From positions 2,170,001 to 2,234,000 of the forward strand of contig CM035355.1 of the NCBI GenBank assembly GCA_020137815.1: a stretch of DNA of 64,000 nucleotides, in the 5' to 3' direction. Origin of the DNA: Hormiphora californensis (taxonomy: Eukaryota > Animalia > Ctenophora). Below, piece by piece: positions 13,667-25,500 of this stretch (position 1 is the first letter of the stretch; the number at the start of each line of letters is the position of its first letter). The position numbers were made by a program, and so were the translations under genes. A model generated the notes under the pieces. It saw only the letters and a program-made list of their open reading frames with translations, had not been told where the DNA came from and made no database searches.

Positions 13667-14760
13667 TCACTCCAGCTTAGTCACATTATTTTGTGATTTT
13701 CTGTGCAGGTACACTAATTGTCTGCGGAGTGTCTCCCTACATTTCGCGGGTTTGAGATCAAACCTCTCGCCACAAACCCTAACCAGATTGTCAATGTATG
13801 CTTTGTCTAGGTACTGGCTGTGGTGATCTTTATCCCGTTCCTGACGGGCCATCTTTGGGAGATACCGGGGGTCTCCCCACAGCTTCTTTGTGGCTAGCTC
13901 TTCCTCTGTAAATCTCCTTTTCAAACCCTCTCTGAAAGTAATGGGTTGTGATTTACAACAAGATTAGTAACATCTTTACAACTAAACAAGAATTAGTAAC
14001 ATGGGTTGAACAGGTGAGACAATGAGGTTATGAGACTAATATCAAGCGTGGCAACACATGCACTCTATTAGTAACATGGGGGTGTAAAACATTTATATAT
14101 TCGTGTACTTGAGGAATTCGTTGTAGGTAGTAGTGGCACGGAGAGCTTCTCTCATATCCCTTCTCTCAGGATCGGGGTCATCTATCCAGGTTGTATCAGG
14201 TCCAACAACAGGCATGCCAGGCTCATATTTCACATCGGGCATAACACCACCTACACCTCCAGTATGAAGACCTAGGAGAAATTATAAATTGTGATAAATC
14301 TCACCAATTAAAGAAATATTAATAATATTGAAATTATAGCGAATGATCTACAAACCACGAATATTTCGGTCCACACGTTCCAGTTTAGTGGATACCGCTG
14401 AAAACCTCTCGTTCATCTTTTTCCGTAGTTCCAATAGTGAGCCTTGTAGTTTGAGGGTGGCTGCTTCTTGCTGTCTTTGTGACTTGAGAATTCGCATCAT
14501 TAGTTCTCTGTTGTCTAGCAAATTCTGGGGAAAACAAAATTAGTAATCATGGTACTATGTATGTACTATGTACTACTATAATTCTGAGCCCACCAGAGAC
14601 TATCGCAGAAGCAATAACGCCGAATAATAATCATTTGGGATAGAAAAAATCACTTGCATACCAAGTCTTCCAGCTCATGATCATTATCATTGCTATTGTT
14701 GTTGTTAGCGTGTGCACATGAATCCTCCAGCTTCACTCGCTTTGACTCTGCCTCTGACAT
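13667..14760 (-). CDS. Coiled-coil plus C-terminal BEN-domain-like nuclear protein, 4 exons
   Basis: MSEAESKRVKLED... / NLLDNRELMMRILKSQRQQEAATLKLQGSLLELRKK / GLHTGGVGGVMPDVKYE / LKRRFTEEELATKKLWGD...LDKAYIDNLVRVCGERF...RETLRRQL. The last exon matches the BEN pattern (F-x-x-EEL...G...LD...I...V...F). GT-AG junctions. Confidence 0.65.
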
Positions 14761-15572
14761 ACTACAGAGTGAAATGTACTTACTTGGCGCTACAGCTGTA
14801 CTACAATCACAGACTTGTTTATTACAACTAAACAGGAAAACATATCAAAATCATCATCACAATAACAAACACACACGGTATAAGTCCAGTATTTCAATTG
14901 TGTATAAACATTTTAAACCCAAGCCAATTTAAATAGAAAAACACTAGGCCAGCCGGCGCTACAACAGGTGGGAAAACGCTGTAGTAACAGGCAGTAGATC
15001 GGATATCTTCAGAGCAGTTCCTCACTGCAATGTAAAACCATATGCAGAACAAGGTTGTGATTACTGTTTGTTTTATCAGTACCGACATGACTTTCTTGAC
15101 ATTACATCTGGGATGAAATCAAGTTAAAATCAAAATATGTCAATTTAATCTGTGAAGAATTTAAACTATCGGGTAGAGAGAAGCAGAGGGTTAAGAGGAA
15201 AAACCTTTGTACTGAACTTAGATGACTCGGCTCGAAACCTCACGCGAATTGAGTACAGATCAGTTATAGCAAGTTTTTCTCGTACATTTTCTGTTTCCTG
15301 GGCCGAACTTAAAATAATGACATGTCCACATCGTCCAAATTTTAAAATTTTGAGCCATCAGGAAGTCTTTTTCTTCTACATGGCAGGAACGCTGTTCCTG
15401 GAACAGACCTGTAACCTGTGTTAACCAACCGAAGAGGTCAGATCAAGCATCGATCACGAGTGAAAGTAACAGCTGTTCTGAGTTTTGATTGATCAATAGG
15501 GATACCTAAACAGTTCAGAGAAAGCCTCGAGTCTAAGGCTCGATTTTGTTCGGACGGTTTTCCCTCCAGACC

Positions 15573-15845
15573 CAGGGGCGGTGCGCGGCGTTCATTCACG
15601 AAAAAAATTGTGGGTCCAGCGCTGCAGAAAATGTAACACGCGAGGTGGGTCCGGACCCAGCGCTGCCGCATAGTTTTTTCTCGCGCGCATTCGCTTTTTC
15701 AATTGAAAATCGGTTCATTTTTTCACTTTTTTTTGGTTGTTTTTGCCGATATTTTCACTTTTTAGCAAGTTTTCTCATTTTCTTCTCCTCTCTCGTCCAA
15801 AAAGTGGGTCCTGGACCCACTGGACTCAGCCTTGCTTCGCCCCTG
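15573..15845. mobile_element. hAT-type MITE
   Basis: Termini caggggcg...cgcccctg with an exact 8-bp TSD tccagacc (15565-15572 and 15846-15853). Subterminal gtgggtcc(n)ggaccc motifs. Confidence 0.9.
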
Positions 15846-16390
15846 TCCAGACCCCTGGTCACCGGGTGGCACACAAGGGGAGTACAGCACATGTCAAGCC
15901 TCTCAGTGCAGACTAAAAGGTGAATTTTAAACAGCCTAGCGGCGACAGTGGATAAACTACAAAACTTTTCCGGAGGCGCTCAAAAGTTTTAGTTTTTTTT
16001 GAGACGCGAGATCGAAACTTTTTATTTTTTAAATTTCGGAATAAATAAGTAAGGGTGCGCGGCGCGGAACACAGTTAATTTAAAATAGTTTCGCGCGTTA
16101 CAACCAGACCTTCCTGGTCTTTGAACCCCTGATGACGGCCTGACCTCTGAACCCCTGGGCCGGTTCAGGGCCTGCCTCGGTCTAAAAACAAGGATAATCA
16201 AAAACTGCACGCTTTATGAGCTGTAAAGAATATCAACATGAACATACAAACTACACAATCAGTTAACATATTTACATTCTGAATAATATTTAATTTTCTG
16301 TAATTATTGTCTGGTATAAAAATAAAATACTGTCAAGGTTCGTGTCCAGCACTGAAAAACTTCTCGATCCAGCTCATAGGGCACCTGTCA

Positions 16391-16503
16391 GGCCAATGCT
16401 CTGACAACTGTTCTCGCACACTCCTTATTTGAAAGAAATGAGAATAATATTCTCATTTCTTTCAAATAAGGAGTGTGCGAGAACAGTTGTCAGAGCATTG
16501 GCC
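16391..16503. repeat. Perfect 56-bp-arm palindrome just downstream of the CEP112 stop
   Basis: 16391-16446 is the exact reverse complement of 16448-16503. Confidence 0.95.
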
Positions 16504-16583
16504 ATATTCTGAATATGGCCAGGCCAATGCTCTGACAGTAATTCACCTACAATGTGTCAATGTAGCCTAACATAGTCCAATGT

Positions 16584-19500
16584 TTACCCTTTCACTTTCA
16601 GTGGGCTAGCACCAGTTCTCGATTTTGAGGGTGTCCTCCTCTGTTTGTTCTTATTCTCCAGTTCAGATTGAAGAATCGTTGCCTTCTGCTCTAATATGGT
16701 ACTCTGGGTTTTCAGGGCAGCAATGGTCTCTTCCAGCTCCTCACGAACACCCGCTGACACGCTCCCTGAGAGAGAAATATGATAAATTTAACATTGGTAC
16801 CATGACATAAGGTGGTGCTTTTTCGTGAGGGTATAGAGAACATTGTCTCATATGAGATGTCTCATATGAGATCGAGGTTGCGCGATGTACAGTCAGTGTG
16901 TGACAAAGAGAACACGAACCGCTGCTGTTCCCTGTCTGGCGCCGCGTCCCATCTGAGCGCACTGTCACGCGCTCATATCAATTTGAGAATCAAATGGGGT
17001 ATGGCGCCGCCATACAGGCTGTTCCTTACTACTCAACTAACGGTAGGTCTATGGTGATTTAACCATATGTATGAACAAGGAACAAAAAATGGGCGAGTTT
17101 TTTGTCTGCCCTTACCAATAGGTACTATAACTATTGATTCAGTCACCAATATCATAGATTGAGTAGTTGGCATGGTAAATAACGTTTCATTATTCATCAT
17201 ACCGTACTATTCGTCGCACTATTTATTTGTACCTTTAATTTTCTCTTCATAAAGAAGTCTGGTCCTGGTGAGCCGCTCCTCCATCTCAAGGGCCTGTACC
17301 TGCCCCTTCTTCTCCAGATGCTTTATCAGACCCCGCTGTGTCTCAACCTCTTGTTCTAGTGCCTGGGACGGGGGAGTTGGAGTTATATGACTTCTTCTAG
17401 CTTCCAAGAACGAAAGTGCCCTCTCACTCACTTTTTCTTGGTAACGCACCAATCACTTTTTTATCTGCAACCATCAACATACGTCATTGATTTAAAGTGA
17501 TACTCTGTCTAGATCCCGTTCTCGTGCACGTCACTGACGTGACGTCAGAAAGAAAGGGTCGAGGGGCAGGCCAGACATGTAAGACTGGGGGTAATGTTAC
17601 CTTGGTGATGTTTCTGTGACGGTGAGCCTCGTCCACCCGAGCCATTTCCACCTCCTGTTGCAGTTTCCTAACAGATGCCTCATATTGTGCTGCCTGTCGC
17701 TGGAACTCCTCCGCTTGAGAACTGTTTGCTGACCACGCTTTCTCTAGAGACTGTGGGGGAAATGGGGAATTAGGTGTAAAGGATGGTTAGAACGTAACAA
17801 GGAATTAGGGACTGAATACTGATTGTAAAATCTAAAATCACTGACACCTATACCACAAACTGAAACATGTATTATATTCCCATTTTTCCCATAAGACATA
17901 CCAGGGACGTTTGTTTGTATCTCTCACTAAAGTCCTCCTCCAGAAGTTTCATCTTGTGGGCTGTCTTGGCAATCACCTTCTCCAACTCCCCATTGTGCTG
18001 CTTTTTCAACCGTTCTATCTCTACAGAGAGAGAAAGGGAGGTTATCAGGGGGTACTTAGATTACTTGAAATTCGTTTCGAATTATATTTTACAGTGAACT
18101 CAAATCGGGGCAGGCATCGTCCCACTACAGCTGCAGTTGGCAGTCTATACTGCAACACACTGTAATCAGGTGGGACCTTGTGTGGTTCACACTGCCACTG
18201 TTATTACCCTGTTTATGTGTGTTGTTGAGTTTTTGATTTGCATTCAAACTAAGCTTCCTTTCCTTCTCCCACTGCCCATGGGCCTCCTGGAGTAGCTTCC
18301 TATGTGTCGCCCTCGTCTCACCTAACTCCTCTGCCATTGCTTCTAGTTTACCCTCTAGATCACACGTTACCTATTGAGGGAAGTTGTATTATAGAGCAGG
18401 GTGGTTTTAGTTTCATAATCTCTGTGTGAGGGTAAGGTAGATCAGTTTTTAGCTAACAAAGAGAAACGATTCAAATGGTATTACGTCAAACAAATATTTC
18501 ACTACCACGGATGGCAGATCGGCAGTGACGTCACTCACCATCCGTGGTAGTGAAACATTTGTTTACCGTAACCATTTGAATCGTTTCAGTTTGTTATTTG
18601 CTCTTGGGTAACCAGTTGAGCACTATCGGTGGGCTGGAGGCGTATTCTACGTGTGTCAATTTTTTCCCTGCCCGGGTGGATCTTTTTAGCACGCACGTGC
18701 TAAAAAGATCATTCAGGGTTTAGAAATCAGCAGATCGTGGGGGTTAACTAAATGTCCGTCCGTCACGGACAACGCCTGACAACGCTCGAGTGTGCTCCTT
18801 TATCAACTCAAATAACTGTTTTGATGAAATATGATGTCAGGACGCTTATTTCTCAAATCTGTGCGCGGCGCTAACTGTGACAGAAACCACAAAGCCGCGC
18901 ACGTTTCCTTATAGAAAATCCGTTCGGCGAAGCGTGTTACGTTTAGTTGACGCTGCTAACTTGCGATGTCGAACTTGGTGGTTGATGAAATGAGTGTTTG
19001 GGTTAGGTACTGTCGAATGCTCGTTACTAAGTTTGAGTTAGCGATGTGAGAAGTACACATCGCATGCATCTCACATTACCAAGCCTTGATATTGTGATAG
19101 TGTGATGATGGAGGGCAGGGAAACACCGCATTATGAATACATAATGCAATAATTCTTGTTAGCTAGCAAGCATGTTTCGTACCTTCGTCATATCTTCAAG
19201 TTTAGATTGCAGGTTAGCCTTTATTCCATTTCGCTCTTTTTCGAACTCAGCCTCTAAGTCTTCCTGAAAAAGAAATGATTGAAGAACGGCAGACAGACAC
19301 AAGCTAACTTGCTTCCTGGATCCAAGCCAATGTTCATTTTCTCGTGAAGAGAGAGATCTGTAAATTGAAAATACAGCGCGCGTCATATGTCGCTCGCATG
19401 TTTTCCCCATAACAGTGCCACCGCGCGCTACGCAAACTAAATTCCGTTGGAGTGACAAATCGGCCGAGCGGGGTGGGCTGCACGATCTGAAGTAGCAATG

Positions 19501-22500
19501 ATATGACATGATGTATCCGAAAAGGGCACGGAACTAGGAAGGGAATGAAAAAAGCTTGTTAGGATATGCAATGCTTGGATATCAGGTCATATAATATCAC
19601 CAATAGATTGTTCAGAAATGAACTATTCGTGTGCCATTACTTTCATTATTACTGCTATCATAATATAATATAGGAGTTAGATCCTGATTCTATGGCGCTT
19701 TCCAGTACCCTTTAAAACTCAGTTGGGGTACTCAAGGGGACGGGCCTTTTCATAATAATGGGTGTTATTTTCTAATTTCTTTCCACAATATATAGCCTGC
19801 CGTTGGCAAGAAGATCTAAACTCCCCGGTATCAGATCCTACCTTTTCTTTCTGATGTTGAGAGGTCAGTTTTCCAATATCTATATGATGTGACTCCAACA
19901 ACCGCTCTTTCTCCTGCTGTGTCGCGACATGCGATTCTGCCACCTGTAGAGAGGGAATGGGGATTGGGGCACACAGGAAATGAGATTTGAAAGACGAAAC
20001 TGCCGACCTTCTCCGGCTCTATTTCCCATACAGTGTGATGTAACTGGTTCCTCTTTATACCCGATCCCTCTATCGCTCTCTATCACTCTCTATCGCTCTC
20101 TTTCTCTCTCTCTCTCTCTCTTCTCTCTCTTTCTCTCTCTCTTCTCTCTCTCTTTCTCTCCCCTCTTGTTTCTCCTGAATAGTACTTGATTTCCGGACTC
20201 TTTTAACTTTTTCCTAATGAAATTTTGTCATGGGATCAGGCCATATTTTATTATTTAGGTGACAGTGTTTCTTAGCTTTGGTTTCATTTCTTCGCAATTC
20301 ATTGAATTAATAGGGCACAATAGCTGTGTATGCAGCAGGTAATCTAAGATTACTCTTATTTCTGTATGGCTGTCAAAGATCGATTACTAGGTTAATAAAC
20401 GGCCCAGATAATCAATCCGGGCTCGTATCCGGGATATTATCTGGCCTATCTGGATAAGTAACCCGCAATTTCATTGATTTCTCGAATTTTTGTCTGTAAC
20501 TTTTTTATGCTTAACCCTGTCATGGACTTGAAAAGAGAGACCAAAATATGAGCATATATTATGACATTTTAGAAGACAGCTAGAGAGTGACAAATTAGGA
20601 GACTCCACAGGAATGAGAGATAAGAAAATTCAAGTGAGCGATGGGCCACCGGTCACCCCAAACCGTTCTCTAAACGCTGTCGTACCATTTGCTCACTGTT
20701 ACGCCTCTCCTCCGCCTCTCTCAGTCTATACTCCTCCTCCAGGCGTTGCCGGTCTGCAACAATTTGTTCTTGAATCTCCTTGTACATCCTGGGGGAGAAT
20801 ATTAGTGTCATGCTACATAGGGGATGGGGTTATGAGGGGATGGGGTTGTGAGGGGATGGGACCTGGTGGTGTAGTTGTGGAAAGGGGTGGTGTGGGGGAA
20901 TTAGGGGGTGGAGTTTTGGAAGGGGGTGCCTGGGATAAGTGTGGGTGCGGATAAGACTTTCCTGCTGTTTAATATCCAAACAAGTCTAGTGATGATCTAA
21001 TCCGTTGAAATATCAGATTTATATCTATAAACCCGGATAATCCGGATAAGATTCGCTTTCTATCAGATATTAAAGTTTATTTAGTGCCTCACATCGTCAT
21101 TTTGTTTCTGTGAGGGTTCCCTAGATCAAGTACTGATTACTATTGTCCGGGTAGGGCAAATAAAAGAAGGCCCCAAGATTATAGGGAGATCCATGACGCC
21201 TCAAATAACTAGAATATTTTAGGGATTCATAGAAATTAACTAAGTTAACACTTTACATTGTGTGAGTTTTTGTAACACGAGATACTAGGCATTCATCATG
21301 AGGCCCTTGAGCATCTTTTTACCTGTGATGGTGACGTGTAATGCGTGGACTAATATTACTATTGTCTGAAACTCTAGCCCACACAAAAGCTCCGTTAATA
21401 GTGTTAGTGTAATGTTTTAGAGAGTAGTTAACTGCTCGAGAAACAGTCGCTGTACTTCCTATCTTTTAGGTGTTTGATGTTTCACTAATAACCCGTCTTA
21501 CCTGTCAGTGTTAGCTTGCATTTCTTTCTTTAGGGCACCAAATGCCTCCTCTGATTTCCTATTTTCTTGTTTTTGGGCCTCGTACAATGCAGATACCTCC
21601 TCTTCTCTCCCTCTGCAAGTTTTAATTCGATCTTAATAACATTTTTATTTTAAAATAGTAATGGTAAAATAATACATATTACTTAGTTCGATCATCGAAC
21701 TTTAGGCCAAGATAACAAGATCTTAAATTATCGAACTTGAATGATCCTCTAACTATTTATGCAGACCGGCAGTATATAACAACCCTTCCTACCCCTAAGA
21801 GAAATATCAGCCAGCAGCTGAGTAGGAAGGGGGGAGGGTGCATTAAAAAGGGCACTGGATAAACAAGAATTTATCATACACCCCACACCCCACATACACT
21901 AAATGCAGTGCTGCTAAGGTTGTTCCTCGCAGTGACCTATATACTTCTCGCTAACTAGATCTTATTTTATTTGCTAGGAAGCACAAAATAATCATATTAC
22001 TCATGATACGAATTTTGTCATTCTATACTTTTTACGAGGCTACCCTAACTACTACTATAGTGATTCTAGGACTGAATATATCTTTTCTGAGCTCGTTTTA
22101 CATGTTATTCTTGATTCAAACTATTTTTATTTGAATCTTGTCCGCCTGGAATACTAAATTACAAAATACCTAAGTTTTCCCCTCAGCTTTTCAAGCTCTT
22201 CCTCGGCTTCCTTTAGCTTTTTATCAGCCAGCTTTTCAGCAGCCCTCATTCTCTTCTCGTGCTGCCTCTCCAATCGTGACACATCCGCCTTGGCCCTGGA
22301 CTCTCCCTCCTATGGGTATATCAAATTTAGGTTATCTATCATAACGTTTGGTAGCCAGAAGAGCTAGAGAGATAGCTAGAAGAGGACTGGCAAATTATAC
22401 GAGGTAGAGAAAGGGGCTTGGCAGTTATACATGTTAGATGAAGAAAGGAAGGGGCGAAAACATAATATATGCGAAACTGTAAGAACTAAGAAAACATTGA

Positions 22501-25500
22501 ACCAGCGACAGAACAGTATTATATAGGGGACTCGCTATGACAACTAGTCGGGGTCACGCTAGGACAGTTTGTATTACGACATGTGTGTCTCTATTCCCCT
22601 ACTAATACTATACTATGTATTACTACTCTGTTCTAAGTAATTCATGGTTTTATAAAATCATATTCACTCACCCATAGTTGATCTTGAATCCGTAACCGTT
22701 CTTCTTCCAGTTTCACTTTGGCTCCCTTCACTTCGGCTTCCTTCTCCTTTGCACAGCTCTGTAGGGGAGAGGGGAAGTAGAGGGTATTTCGTGGAAATGT
22801 ATTATTATACTCCACTCATGCAGAATGTTCAGTTTTCTTGTGGGACCCGGGATAATAAAAATTATGATGCGCCTTGTTTTGTATTTGGTATACGTATATA
22901 ATATGTACCTTGTTTTGCATTTGTGATTTTGTTACAATTTATAAAAAACCTTTGCTTCAGCGACTTGAATCTCAAGTTGTAGTTTTTGTTTTTCCAGGCA
23001 AGCCTCGAATTCCTTTTTATTTTCCTCCACCTCAGTGGCGTGGGCTTGTTGTGCCGTATCTGCTTCCTCTACTACTTGTTTTAACCTAGGAAGATATAGT
23101 TATAATTTTCACCGCATTTAGTTCATAACTTCTAAACCCTGCGGTAGTTGGTGGAAGTGAGACCGCTTCACACCTCTCCTTGAACTTGAGCTTACAAATA
23201 GAGGTTTATTGTACCAAAAAGAGATATTCTTTTAATGGTTCCACCTAAAAAGATGTTAAAAAATTCTTCGCCCTAACTTTTCCAAATCCCTCCTTTTCTA
23301 GACTGATGAATTTAGTTGAGATTTCACTGCTATTACTATTGATAACTGCTGGAGATAGCACGATATACCAGGACGGTCATTGGATTAGTGGAAATAGGAG
23401 ACACCTCGCTACCGATGGGGGCCATGGGGAGGGTGTACGCTTCGACTTTGCCATAGTCAACCAGGATACATTACAGCTGTCCCATAACGACACTGGTTTA
23501 CTGGTGGCTGTTGACCCAGAGTCTCGAGAAGTAAGCAACGTGAAGTTATAGAATACTTATGAGTGTGTGGTTACATAAAGTCATGTCGATATATATGATC
23601 AATTGTTTTATATTTCAAGTGCAGTGAAAGTTTACTAAATTTATATTTATCAGATTGTTGGTACGGTTTGTGATGATTTGTTCGGTGCCAAGAATGCTTA
23701 TTTGGTCTGCCAGAGTATGCGCTATAAGTGTGCCTATTGGTGGGGTGCAGCCAGAGGTATGTATATATATATATAGGACCTATAGGTATTGGAGAGGGAT
23801 TGTTCATAATGACTTTTGATAACGTAGAAAAATATATGTTTATTAGAGACATCAGAGTGATTTAGAAATCGTATCTAACCAATCATCACCAATGATACTT
23901 TATAGACAGGGAGTATCCGGAATCAGAACTAAGGAACGAACTTCCCATTGCCATAGATGACTTTGAATGCCCTACTAATGCCAATGAAACACGACACTGC
24001 ACCTCTCTCTCCTCCGTCCATAACTGTTTTCACCCCGAGGACATCTTTATTGAATGTGGTAAGTTCCTCAACCCTCTTCTTTTTCTCAAGTATTTTTCAG
24101 GTCCCACAAATGGAGAATAATTAGTTTTATCATCATTGGTATATTTCGAAGCTCATATCATTTCAAGCACCGCGATTCCTAAATTATTGTACAATTTCTA
24201 GCACCGAATTCTAAAATGTTGTACAATTTCTAGCTGTCTAGCACCGATTCCTCAATTATTGTACAATTTCTAGGATACAGCTGTGATTATTGCTGGTTGA
24301 AGATTGAAAACCTGATGATTCTCCGCTAACACGGCGACTCTTATCTTTTTGAAAAAAATTTCACAAAAAATTTCACAAAAAAAATTCAAAAATTTTTGGG
24401 GGAAAAAAATCCTGTCCCTAAATCGGGGTGTCCCTAAATCGGGGGTCCCTAAATCGGGGTCCGACTGTATATAGGACCTAGGTATTGGAGAGGGATTGTT
24501 CATAATGACTTTTGATAACGTAGAAAAATGTATGATTATTAGAGACATCAGAGTGATTTTGAGTTTAGAGAAATCGTATCAAACCAATCATTACCATGGT
24601 GACACCTTATAGACAGGGAGTATCCGGAATCAGAACTAAGGAACGAACTTCCCATTGCCATCGATGACTTTGAGTGCCCTACTAATGCCAATGAAACACG
24701 ACACTGCACCTCTCTCTCCTCCGTCCACAACTGTTTTCACCCCGAGGACATCTTTATTGAATGTGGTGAGTTCCTCACCGGCCCTCTTTTTTTTCTCAAG
24801 TATTTTTCAGGTCCCACAAATGGAGAGTAATTAGTTTTATCATCATTGGTATATTTCGAAGCTCAAGCACCGCGATTCCTAAATTATTGTACAATTTCTA
24901 GGATACAGCTGTGATTATGAGTTCGCCCTGGTTGACAGACTTGGAAACCCCTCAACTAACAAAACTGGACTTCTCCTCGCTTCCCGGGCACAAACCAGCA
25001 CGGTAAAAATCACCTGACATTTTAATTATTTTGCAATTACAGTCGGACCCCGATTTACCGGGCCCCGATTTACCGGAACCCCGATTTACCGGGAGGATAA
25101 TCTTCCCCCGAAATAGGAAATTAACAGTATTCGACCCCGATATACCGGGCACCCCGATTTACCGGGCAAAACCCTTTCCCCCGAGCATCCCGTTAAATCG
25201 GGGTTCGACTGTATTATTATAACTCGACTCTATCTCTTCTTCGTTGAAGGCTGAGGCTGTTTCAGCCCTGAAGAAGCCCTGAGACAGAGGGATATGTAAC
25301 ACATTAGGGATATATAACACATTACACGAGCCTCTCTACTCTCTTACTACAACCACTTACACCATGTCATGTTTCCCGACTACCCAGAGAGGAACGGTGT
25401 GTGATGACCAGTTCCAGGGCCTATCAGCCAAGATAATATGCAAGGACATGGGATATGATTGTGCCTCCGGGTGGTCAAGTGGGACCTCCCCATCAGCCTT

